A stretch of DNA of 34,585 nucleotides, taken from NCBI GenBank assembly GCA_964506345.1, contig CAZDLV010000001.1, positions 1 through 34,585 of the forward strand. The letters run 5' to 3'. Position numbers and translations under genes: made by a program. The stretch comes from an uncultured Rhodobacterales bacterium (GTDB taxonomy: Bacteria; Pseudomonadota; Alphaproteobacteria; Rhodobacterales; Rhodobacteraceae). This document shows, piece after piece, positions 1 through 7,317 of the stretch (position 1 is its first letter; the number at the start of each line of letters is the position of its first letter). Under the pieces are notes generated by a model, which saw only the letters and a list, made by a program, of their open reading frames with translations, ran no database searches and was not told the DNA's origin.

Positions 1-763
1 GTGGAAACTCCACCATCTCGGGACCCCGATAAGCGGTCGAGACAGGATCGCCATGATCCCAGGCCACATTGGCAAAATAATCGGGCGTGTGGCACCCGCC
101 CAGCGCCTTGAGCGTGTCGACCATATCCTCGGCCACCTCGCCCTCGTAAAATCCGGCGCGGCCCTCCAGCGCGATCCGGCGCAGGACCTCGGCCTGCTGC
201 GGGGCGCGGAACACCTGCCCCTCGGCCGGCGGGCGACCGTCGAACAGATAGCGCTCGCGCGCCGGTCCTTTCAGCCGGTCTTTGGCAATCTCCCAGTCGA
301 AGGCGGTGCGCGCGGCCACCGGAATTCCCTGTTCGGCGTAGTGGATCGCCGGTGCAAGGCTGGTTTTCAGCCCCAGCCGCCCGTGGTCTGTGGACAGGCG
401 CACCATGGCATCCACCGCGCCGGGCAGGGTGATCGAGTCCACCCCGTCAACCGGCATCACCCTGTGCCCGTCCGCCCGTATCCGCGCCGCCTCCAGCGCC
501 GCCGGTGCGCGGCCTGAGCCGTTCAACCCGATGATATCCTCGCTGCCCGCCGGTTTCAGCAACACGAAACAGTCACCGCCGAGGCCGGTCATTTGCGGCT
601 CCGCCACATTCAGCACCATCGCCGCCGCAATCGCCGCATCGACCGCATTGCCGCCCTGTTCCAGCAGTTGCACCGCGATCTTCGCGGCCAGCGGATGGGA
701 GGTGGCACACATGCCGTTGCCGGTGATGACGGTCGATCGACCGGGAAGGCTGAAATTTCGCAT
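1..763 (-). CDS. ggt: Gamma-glutamyltransferase family protein (5' part; runs off the window start)
   Basis: Not in the ORF track. Manual minus-strand translation from ATG 763 gives MRNFSLPGRSTVITGNGMCATSHPLAAKIAVQLLEQGGNAVDAAIAAAMVLNVAEPQMTGLGGDCF, the typical GGT N-terminus (GGNAVDAA...EP..xGxGGD). Confidence 0.92.
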   Translation of the reverse strand, partial: MRNFSLPGRSTVITGNGMCATSHPLAAKIAVQLLEQGGNAVDAAIAAAMVLNVAEPQMTGLGGDCFVLLKPAGSEDIIGLNGSGRAPAALEAARIRADGHRVMPVDGVDSITLPGAVDAMVRLSTDHGRLGLKTSLAPAIHYAEQGIPVAARTAFDWEIAKDRLKGPARERYLFDGRPPAEGQVFRAPQQAEVLRRIALEGRAGFYEGEVAEDMVDTLKALGGCHTPDYFANVAWDHGDPVSTAYRGPEMVEFP

Positions 764-1042
764 GGGCGGTATCCTGACAAGTTCGATTGGCGCCATGCTA
801 CGGGCGCGCATCGGCGGCATCCAGAAAAACCTGCAATTTCGGAAAAGTAACCGGCATCGTGTATCGGGGTGGGGGCTGATAAGCACGATGCCGGCTGAAG
901 CTGTGTAGCTACGGGATAATTGGTAGCCCTTAATCAAGGCAAAGAATCGACCAAACTGTGGCAAAATGGTGAAACATTGTGACAAAAATAAGATCATCGC
1001 GCCCTCTTGCCAGACGGTCGGGGCACGGCGCATGATCGGGCC

Positions 1043-1393
1043 ATGATCATATCGTCAGGAACCAGCGTAAAACCGCATCATCCGCCCGGTGATGTCGTCA
1101 GCTACCACCGGACCGAGCTGTCGGTGATTCTGGCGCTATACGGCAAAATGGTGGCGGCGGGCGAGTGGCGCGACTACGGCATTTCCGCCCTGCGCGACGT
1201 GGCGGTGTTTTCGATTTTCCGCCACACTGCCGAACATCCGCTGTATCGCATCGAAAAGCGCCCGAAGCTGGCCAACAGACAGGGGCAGTATTGTGTCATT
1301 GCCATGAACGGCCAGATTCTGAAACGCGGGCGTGACCTTAAATCGGTGCTGTCGGTGCTGGAACGCAAGCTGCTGCGCGCGGTTTCAGGATAA
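1043..1393 (+). CDS. DUF2794-like alphaproteobacterial protein
   Basis: ELSVILALYGKMVAAGEWRDY...AVFSIFR..AEHPLYRIEK...G.ILKRG pattern, recognised from memory. ATG 1043 chosen as start; the track ORF opens at 1007. Confidence 0.8.
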   Translation: MIISSGTSVKPHHPPGDVVSYHRTELSVILALYGKMVAAGEWRDYGISALRDVAVFSIFRHTAEHPLYRIEKRPKLANRQGQYCVIAMNGQILKRGRDLKSVLSVLERKLLRAVSG

Positions 1394-2401
1394 CGGCACA
1401 CCGCCCGCAAAAAACGCCTTGGCCGGACGCACCGACCCCGTGTCGATATCGCGCCGGTTCAGAATGGCGGGACGCAGGCGTTTGATCGCCAGCGGATGAT
1501 CCGGCGACAGCACGCCGAGGCGCACCAGAATCGCCGCCATGGCGGATTCCGAGGCCCGCGTTGCGCCGTCCTCGATCTTCAGCGCCACGCCCAGTCCCTG
1601 TTCGGGCAGGATCGCGACAAACACCCCCTCGGCGCCGGTCTTGACCGCCACCTTGCCGTCCATCGCCGCCATCAGTTCGGAACAGGCCCGCCCTTCGCCG
1701 GCCACCAGCAACGGGTGTTCGCGCATGGCCGCCACCAGCGACCGCGCCGCCGCCTCGCGCACAGAGCCGAGGCCGGAAGGGTCCGCCATCCGCGCCATCG
1801 CCCGTGCCAGCCCGGCCACCGTGGTGGCGAAATTCGGGGCGGAGCATCCGTCGATACCGTAGCCGAAAGTCTCCATCCCCGTCATTTCCTCGAAGGCGTC
1901 CTTCACTGCCTTCTGCACCGGATGGTCGACCTCGATATATTCCGCGTGGGCGTGCAGGTGCCTGTTCAGCGTCAGGAATCCGGTGTGCTTGCCGGAACAG
2001 TTGTTGTGCATCTGGCAGGGCGATTCGCCGTGGTCGCGCAGGGCATGGCGGGCAGGGGCGTCGTTGGGCGGTTGCGGGCCGCAGCGCAGGTCGTCGTCCG
2101 ACAGGCCCAGATCGCCCAGCCATTTTGCCACCCGCTCCGTATGGATCGCCGCCCCCTGATGCGAGGCACAGGACAGCGCCAGTTGCTCGCTCGTCAGCCC
2201 CGCCGCCGCCGCCGCGCCGCTTTCGACCAGCGGCAGCGCTTGCAGCATCTTGCTGGAGGAACGCGGCAGGATCACCTGTTCGGGATCGCCCCATGCCGCC
2301 ACGATGTTTCCGGCGGCATCACATACAACCGCGTGGCCGTTGTGAATGCTTTCCAGAAATTCCCCGCGCCAGATTTCCACAAGAGGTTGCGCTTGCGACA
2401 T
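1385..2401 (-). CDS. L-asparaginase II (Rhizobium-type, class 3)
   Basis: Motifs RG..ES.H.G, PRSSSK, CASHQG, HNNCSGKH, DGCSAP, KTGAEG, LKIEDG. Confidence 0.9.
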   Translation of the reverse strand: MSQAQPLVEIWRGEFLESIHNGHAVVCDAAGNIVAAWGDPEQVILPRSSSKMLQALPLVESGAAAAAGLTSEQLALSCASHQGAAIHTERVAKWLGDLGLSDDDLRCGPQPPNDAPARHALRDHGESPCQMHNNCSGKHTGFLTLNRHLHAHAEYIEVDHPVQKAVKDAFEEMTGMETFGYGIDGCSAPNFATTVAGLARAMARMADPSGLGSVREAAARSLVAAMREHPLLVAGEGRACSELMAAMDGKVAVKTGAEGVFVAILPEQGLGVALKIEDGATRASESAMAAILVRLGVLSPDHPLAIKRLRPAILNRRDIDTGSVRPAKAFFAGGVPLS

Positions 2402-2603
2402 GATTTCGGTCCTTTTAGGTTATTCGCGACTGTTCCGGCGGGCGTAAGCCTGCCTATGGCGCAGGATTTCAACGTTTTGGGGTAGCAATACGCCCGAGGG
2501 TAGGGATAGATTAGTGCCACAGGCGACTGGATTACAACCTGTCCGAGGGCAAGACGCAAACAATTGCGGTCCGGACAGCGGAAAAATAAGCAGGAGGCAA
2601 ATT

Positions 2604-3143
2604 ATGAGCGCTAGAATTTTGCGGGCAATCGCGGTTTCGGCCATGATGTCCACCGTTGCTTTGGGGACGGCCGTGCGCGCGCAGCAACTCGATATGGTCG
2701 AGGCTGTCACGGACTGGAGCGTCTACGTCGATGAAAACCCGAAAGTCTGTTTCATCGTTTCCAAACCAACCAAAAGCGAAGCGCGGCGTGGTGGCAAAAC
2801 CGTTACGGCCAAGCGTGGCGATATCCGTTTCCATATTTCGGTCATTCCCGGGCAAGGCATCACAGGCGAGCCGAGCTTCGTTTCCGGGTATCCGCTGAAA
2901 CCCGACGGGGCGGTCAAGATCGAGATCGGCAACACCACCTTCGCCATGTTCCCCGATGTGGCCGTAAGCGAAGAATATGCCTGGACCAACCCCAAGGACG
3001 ACGCGGCGTTGATCGCGGCGATGAAAAAAGGGGCGGATGCTGTTGTTACCGGTGTCTCGAAACGCGGCACGACGACCATCGACACGTTCTCGTTGCGCGG
3101 GTTTACGGCGGCGATTGAAAAAGCACAGTCATTGTGTAAATAG
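2604..3143 (+). CDS. Invasion-associated locus B (IalB) family exported protein
   Basis: AGGAGG at 2592-2597 before ATG 2604; signal peptide; DWSVY...CF..S.P and D.FSL.GFTAA.....C pattern. Confidence 0.82.
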   Translation: MSARILRAIAVSAMMSTVALGTAVRAQQLDMVEAVTDWSVYVDENPKVCFIVSKPTKSEARRGGKTVTAKRGDIRFHISVIPGQGITGEPSFVSGYPLKPDGAVKIEIGNTTFAMFPDVAVSEEYAWTNPKDDAALIAAMKKGADAVVTGVSKRGTTTIDTFSLRGFTAAIEKAQSLCK

Positions 3144-3180
3144 CCGGTGCTGGCCCTGACGGGGCGAAACTGTTACAAAC

Positions 3181-3217
3181 GGACGCCCCTCGTCAAACGG
3201 GGGGCGTCCTGCGTTTT
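3181..3217 (+). terminator. GC-rich hairpin between ialB-like gene and rlmN (possible terminator or processing site)
   Basis: GGACGCCCC...GGGGCGTCC inverted repeat (3181-3209) followed by TGCGTTTT. The U-tract is offset from the stem, so it is weak as an intrinsic terminator. Confidence 0.5.
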
Positions 3218-3229
3218 GAAGGAAACCCG

Positions 3230-4384
3230 ATGACCATCACGCCCGACCATGTCACCGTACCGCGCGAACAGGCCGCCGGATTGCCGCATCTGGTCGGCAT
3301 GACCCGCGAGGCCATGCGCACGGCCCTGATCGAAATCGGCACGCCGGAAAAGCAGGCGAAAATGCGTGTCGGGCAGGTTTGGCAGTGGATTTACCAGAAA
3401 GGTGTGACGGATTTTTCCGACATGACCAACCTTGCCAAAGGGTTCCGCGAGCTTCTGGCGGAACACTTCACGCTGGAACGCCCCGCGATCGTGACGAAAC
3501 AGGTCAGCGATGACGGCACCCGCAAATACCTGTTGCGCATTGCCGGCGGCCACGAGGTCGAGGTGGTCTATATCCCCGAAACCAATCGCGGCACGCTGTG
3601 CGTTTCCTCGCAGGTCGGTTGCACGCTGAACTGCACGTTTTGCCATACCGGCACGCAAAAGCTGGTGCGCAACCTGACGGCGGGGGAAATCGTCGCGCAA
3701 ATTCTGGTGGTGCGCGATGATCTGGATGAATGGGGCAATGACCCCAACGATAAACGCATGTTGTCCAATGTCGTTCTGATGGGCATGGGCGAGCCGCTCT
3801 ATAATTTCGAAAACGTCCGCGACGCCATGAAGATCGTCATGGATAACGAGGGGATTTCCCTGTCGCGCCGTCGTATTACCCTGTCAACATCCGGGGTTGT
3901 GCCGGAAATTGTGCGTGCCGGCGATGAAATCGGATGTTTGCTGGCCATCAGCTTTCACGCGACCACGGATGCGGTGCGCGACGAACTGGTGCCGATCAAC
4001 AAGAAATGGAACATCGAAACCCTGCTCGATACCTTGCGGGCCTATCCCCGTCTGTCGAATTCCGAGCGGATCACCTTTGAATATGTGATGTTGAAGGATG
4101 TGAACGATTCGGATGCGGATGCCCGCCGGCTGGTCAGGCTGATTTCCGGCATTCCGGCCAAGATCAATCTGATTCCGTTCAACCCGTGGCCCGGATCACC
4201 CTATGAACGTTCCGACTGGAACCGCATCCGTGCCTTCGGGGACATCGTCAATGCCGCCGGTTATGCCAGCCCGATCCGCACCCCGCGCGGCGAGGATATC
4301 ATGGCCGCCTGCGGGCAGCTCAAATCCGAAACCGAGCGCGCCCGCAAATCCCGCCGCCAGATTGAAAGCGACGCCGGTGTTTAG
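3230..4384 (+). CDS. rlmN: 23S rRNA m2A2503 / tRNA m2A37 radical-SAM methyltransferase RlmN
   Basis: [20 protein letters not shown] (CxxxCxxC), [25 protein letters not shown]. Confidence 0.97.
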   Translation: MTITPDHVTVPREQAAGLPHLVGMTREAMRTALIEIGTPEKQAKMRVGQVWQWIYQKGVTDFSDMTNLAKGFRELLAEHFTLERPAIVTKQVSDDGTRKYLLRIAGGHEVEVVYIPETNRGTLCVSSQVGCTLNCTFCHTGTQKLVRNLTAGEIVAQILVVRDDLDEWGNDPNDKRMLSNVVLMGMGEPLYNFENVRDAMKIVMDNEGISLSRRRITLSTSGVVPEIVRAGDEIGCLLAISFHATTDAVRDELVPINKKWNIETLLDTLRAYPRLSNSERITFEYVMLKDVNDSDADARRLVRLISGIPAKINLIPFNPWPGSPYERSDWNRIRAFGDIVNAAGYASPIRTPRGEDIMAACGQLKSETERARKSRRQIESDAGV

Positions 4385-4913
4385 GGCCGGAACGCATAGC
4401 CACGACCGCCGCCTGTTTTGCGCGCTGGCAGTGTCGCTGGTGATTTCGGGTGCGACACCGGGTTCGGCTTCGTCACCGCCGAACATGACGGTGGCACAGG
4501 TTCAGGCCGACATGGTGGTGCTGTATAAATCGACACGCCAGCTTGTGTTGTTTCGCAACAAGGAAGCCTTGCGGATTTACAGGGTCGATCTGGGGTTCGC
4601 ACCGGTTGGCGACAAATCCCGCGAAGGCGACGGGCGCACCCCCGAAGGCACCTATTTTATCAACCGGCGAAACCCGAACAGTGCCTATCATCTAAGCCTT
4701 GGCATTTCCTACCCGAACGCCCGCGATGTTGCGGCCGCGCGGGCGCAGGGTGTCGATCCGGGGGGCGACATTTTTATCCACGGCGGTCCGACCCGTTTTC
4801 TGGACCGGTTCAAACGTGACTGGACCGCCGGATGTATTTCGGTCTCGGATGCCGAAATCGAGGAAATCTGGTCGATGGTTCCGAACGGAACCCCTATTGT
4901 GATTGTGCCGTAG
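4377..4913 (+). CDS. L,D-transpeptidase family protein, YafK/DpaA-like
   Basis: [29 protein letters not shown]...WTAGCI (catalytic His/Cys). Start uncertain: GTG 4377 gives a leader with RRLF plus a hydrophobic stretch; the alternative is ATG 4485. Confidence 0.85.
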   Translation: MFRAGTHSHDRRLFCALAVSLVISGATPGSASSPPNMTVAQVQADMVVLYKSTRQLVLFRNKEALRIYRVDLGFAPVGDKSREGDGRTPEGTYFINRRNPNSAYHLSLGISYPNARDVAAARAQGVDPGGDIFIHGGPTRFLDRFKRDWTAGCISVSDAEIEEIWSMVPNGTPIVIVP

Positions 4914-5448
4914 TCATTGGCGCATCGGCGGTTTGCGGCGCGTCGGCTTTGGCCATCACCTCGACCCACCACAGCTTGCCGTTCGGTTCCTGATACCAGC
5001 CCAGCCCGAGGTCGGTGGCTTCGGGATCAAGGATCGAGGCGCGCGACAACGGGTTTTCCAGCCACGCCTGCAACACAAAGAATTCGCCTTTGTATGTTTC
5101 GGCGACATTCTCGCCGGTGACCAGCCCGACAAATCCGGCGCGTTCGGCGCGCGACTGCGGCGACGATCCGTCCGATCCGAAATCCCAGGCCCGTTGCTGT
5201 GCCGACATATCCAGCGCGTGGGTTTCCGCCGAGGCGGTCAGTTCAGCCGACAGTTTCAGCGGCTGCAACCCCTGTTCGAGACGCAGCGCGTTGACGCTGT
5301 CCAGGTGGCGCAACCGGATTGCGTCACTGTTGAAAGCGGCGATGGCCCCTGATTCGGCGTTGCCGCCATAAATTCCCGACGTATTTGTCGGGGTGCAGGC
5401 TGACACGATAAACAATGCGGCAAACAAAAGGGCGGCGGTACGGAACAT
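4894..5448 (-). CDS. CAP (SCP) domain lipoprotein
   Basis: Lipobox IVSAC; VNALR...GL.PL....L...AE.HA.DM, GENVA, W..S-like and G.G motifs of the CAP fold. Confidence 0.87.
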   Translation of the reverse strand: MFRTAALLFAALFIVSACTPTNTSGIYGGNAESGAIAAFNSDAIRLRHLDSVNALRLEQGLQPLKLSAELTASAETHALDMSAQQRAWDFGSDGSSPQSRAERAGFVGLVTGENVAETYKGEFFVLQAWLENPLSRASILDPEATDLGLGWYQEPNGKLWWVEVMAKADAPQTADAPMTTAQSQ

Positions 5449-5609
5449 GGTAGTCTCCAGAAGCTGTTTCCAAAACTGTCTACAAGGTATATGGACAGGA
5501 TTCAAATGGCAGTTTTTCGCCCGTTTTGATACTGAACTTTATGTGAATTGCCAAAGAACACCGTGGTGGCCTAGTGTGCCAGAAAATTTGAACCTGGGAG
5601 TCTGATTCA

Positions 5610-6191
5610 ATGAAAAAGACCGAGAAACCTGATCTGTCGCGTCGCCAGTTTGCCGCAGGGGCCACCGCCTTGGGCGTTGCCGCCCCGGGAATGTTGCGCG
5701 CACAAAGCGATACACCGCAAGATACTGTCGATATCCGCGTCAACAACTATGTTGCACAGACGTGGAAGGGCTACTTCAAGAACCTGCGCAAAGGCGTGAT
5801 TCTGGTGGATACGACCGGCCGCACGCTGAATTTCTGGTCCGAGGACGAAAAAGTCCATAAAATCTATCCGGTTAGCGTGCCTTTGTCGCCCGAACTGACC
5901 CGTCTGGGCCGCACCCGTATTGTCCGCAAGAAAATCGGCCCCGATTGGCGCCCGACACCGCAGATGCTGATTCGGAATCCCGAATACCCGCCCTATATCG
6001 CGCCCGGCCCGGAAAACCCGCTCGGCACCCACGCGCTGTACCTTAGCTGGACCTATTACCGGATCCACGGAACCAATGACACGCGCAAAATCGGCCGCCA
6101 GTCGTCGAACGGCTGCATCGGGCTGTATAACGAGAATATCGCCGAACTGTATGACCTGACCGAAGTCGGCACACAGGTGTTGCTAATTTAG
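5610..6191 (+). CDS. Tat-exported L,D-transpeptidase (ErfK/YbiS/YcfS/YnhG family)
   Basis: SRRQF twin-arginine leader; P.W.PTP.M, GP.NPLG..ALYL, YRIHGT...IGR.SSNGCIGL. Confidence 0.92.
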   Translation: MKKTEKPDLSRRQFAAGATALGVAAPGMLRAQSDTPQDTVDIRVNNYVAQTWKGYFKNLRKGVILVDTTGRTLNFWSEDEKVHKIYPVSVPLSPELTRLGRTRIVRKKIGPDWRPTPQMLIRNPEYPPYIAPGPENPLGTHALYLSWTYYRIHGTNDTRKIGRQSSNGCIGLYNENIAELYDLTEVGTQVLLI

Positions 6192-6229
6192 CGCAGTTCG
6201 CAAAGACTTCCCGCCGAAATCAAGAGTTC

Positions 6230-6258
6230 TTGCAAAGAGAAATCCGCTCGGTTAGAAG
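6230..6258 (+). promoter_or_regulatory. Candidate sigma70 promoter for the small-protein gene
   Basis: TTGCAA (6230-6235), 17 nt, TAGAAG (6253-6258); same layout as the promoter-like element before the tRNA. Confidence 0.4.
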
Positions 6259-6326
6259 AAATCTGTAGTTTTTGTCTGCTTGCCGTGGTGGCAGTATTTG
6301 CAGGCTTTATATTGGAGGATACCAAA

Positions 6327-6515
6327 ATGAAACTCTTCGCACTTACCGCCGCTGCTGTAGCAGCCGCTTCCAGCGCACTCGCAGGCGCCGTAGCCTACAC
6401 AGCTCCGGCTGCTCCGGTTGTTGTTGCCGAGCCCGCCGCAATGGGTGGCTCCGGCATGTGGCTGATCCCGCTGCTGGCAATTGCGCTGATCGCACTGGCC
6501 ATGTCGCGTCCGTAA
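6327..6515 (+). CDS. 62-aa small protein: signal peptide, Ala/Pro/Val linker, C-terminal transmembrane helix
   Basis: GGAGG at 6314-6318; MKLFALTAAAVAAASSALA|GAVAYTAPAAPVVVAEPAAMGGSGMWLIPLLAIALIALAMSRP; followed by a strong terminator. Confidence 0.85.
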   Translation: MKLFALTAAAVAAASSALAGAVAYTAPAAPVVVAEPAAMGGSGMWLIPLLAIALIALAMSRP

Positions 6516-6548
6516 TATCCGGACCGCTGCAAAGCACATACAGTTTTG

Positions 6549-6580
6549 AAAAAGGCGATGCTTCATGCATCGCCTTTTTT
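6549..6580. terminator. Bidirectional intrinsic terminator
   Basis: AAAAAGGCGATGC-TTCAT-GCATCGCCTTTTTT between convergent genes. Confidence 0.9.
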
Positions 6581-6633
6581 GTGTCTGGCGCGGCAAGTTT
6601 ATGCCGCCTGTGCGGGGTTTATGGGTCACCGCC

Positions 6634-7317
6634 CTAGTCGGTGGTGAATGGCTCCAGAACATCCAGATTCAAATAGCCGACCTTGTTGCCAACCCATTCC
6701 CGCGCCTGCCATATCTGGCCGGTCTTGCTATCGGCAAGATAGGTATTGGCAAACGACACGGTATCGCCGGCGCAGGTTTCCGTCACCGGTATCACATCAT
6801 AGGTAATTTCCACGATGGTCACCGTGGTCGCCGCCGCTTGCGTATATGAACAGGTCACGGGAACAACCCGCCCGCCGGGTCCGACCCCGGGGAAGCGGTA
6901 GTCGCGGCTGATTCGTTGCGGCCAGTCTCGGGGCGGCGTCGGCGTTGCCACCGGATCGTTGGCGTCATTGCGCACGGCCAACAAGTCCCCGCCCAGACCG
7001 CGCGTGGCGGTAACCAGCGTGCCGCGCATGGTGATCGACTGGCGGAACGCCGAAACATAGGTAACGTAAGCACCGTTCAGCGAGGTGGCGGACAGGATGT
7101 TGGAAATATCCTCGCCCGCGATTCGCGCCCGAACCATCGCCAGACCGTTTTGCACGATCAACGCGCGCGTCACCGGCGTGCTGGCCGCTGCCGGTTTGGC
7201 GGCGTCTTTCGACGGCATGACAATTTCTTTCACCGCAGTGAAAACCGGGCTGGTCCCGCCCGAGGAGCACGCCCCCAGAACGCCGAGCGCGCCCGCTGCA
7301 ATCCAGATACGGCTCAT
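6634..7317 (-). CDS. YjbF/GfcB family lipoprotein (group 4 capsule-like)
   Basis: Lipobox LGAC; G.L.ATRGLGGDL motif; E.C......F.N.Y..D...G.IW..REW C-terminus; 4-nt overlap with the upstream yjbH-like gene. Confidence 0.8.
   Translation of the reverse strand: MSRIWIAAGALGVLGACSSGGTSPVFTAVKEIVMPSKDAAKPAAASTPVTRALIVQNGLAMVRARIAGEDISNILSATSLNGAYVTYVSAFRQSITMRGTLVTATRGLGGDLLAVRNDANDPVATPTPPRDWPQRISRDYRFPGVGPGGRVVPVTCSYTQAAATTVTIVEITYDVIPVTETCAGDTVSFANTYLADSKTGQIWQAREWVGNKVGYLNLDVLEPFTTD

Noticed and set aside
53-1042. Plus-strand ORFs at 53-908 and regulator sites in the AT-rich ggt/DUF2794 spacer
   Set aside because: The ORFs are antisense to ggt. The spacer is probably a divergent promoter, but I found no convincing CRP/FNR, CtrA or sigma54 match.
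6444-6515. GlyGly-CTERM or PEP-CTERM sorting signal on the small protein
   Set aside because: GGSG plus a hydrophobic helix is similar, but there is only one basic residue after the helix, no passenger domain, and no rhombosortase or exosortase in the window. Not fully excluded without an HMM search.
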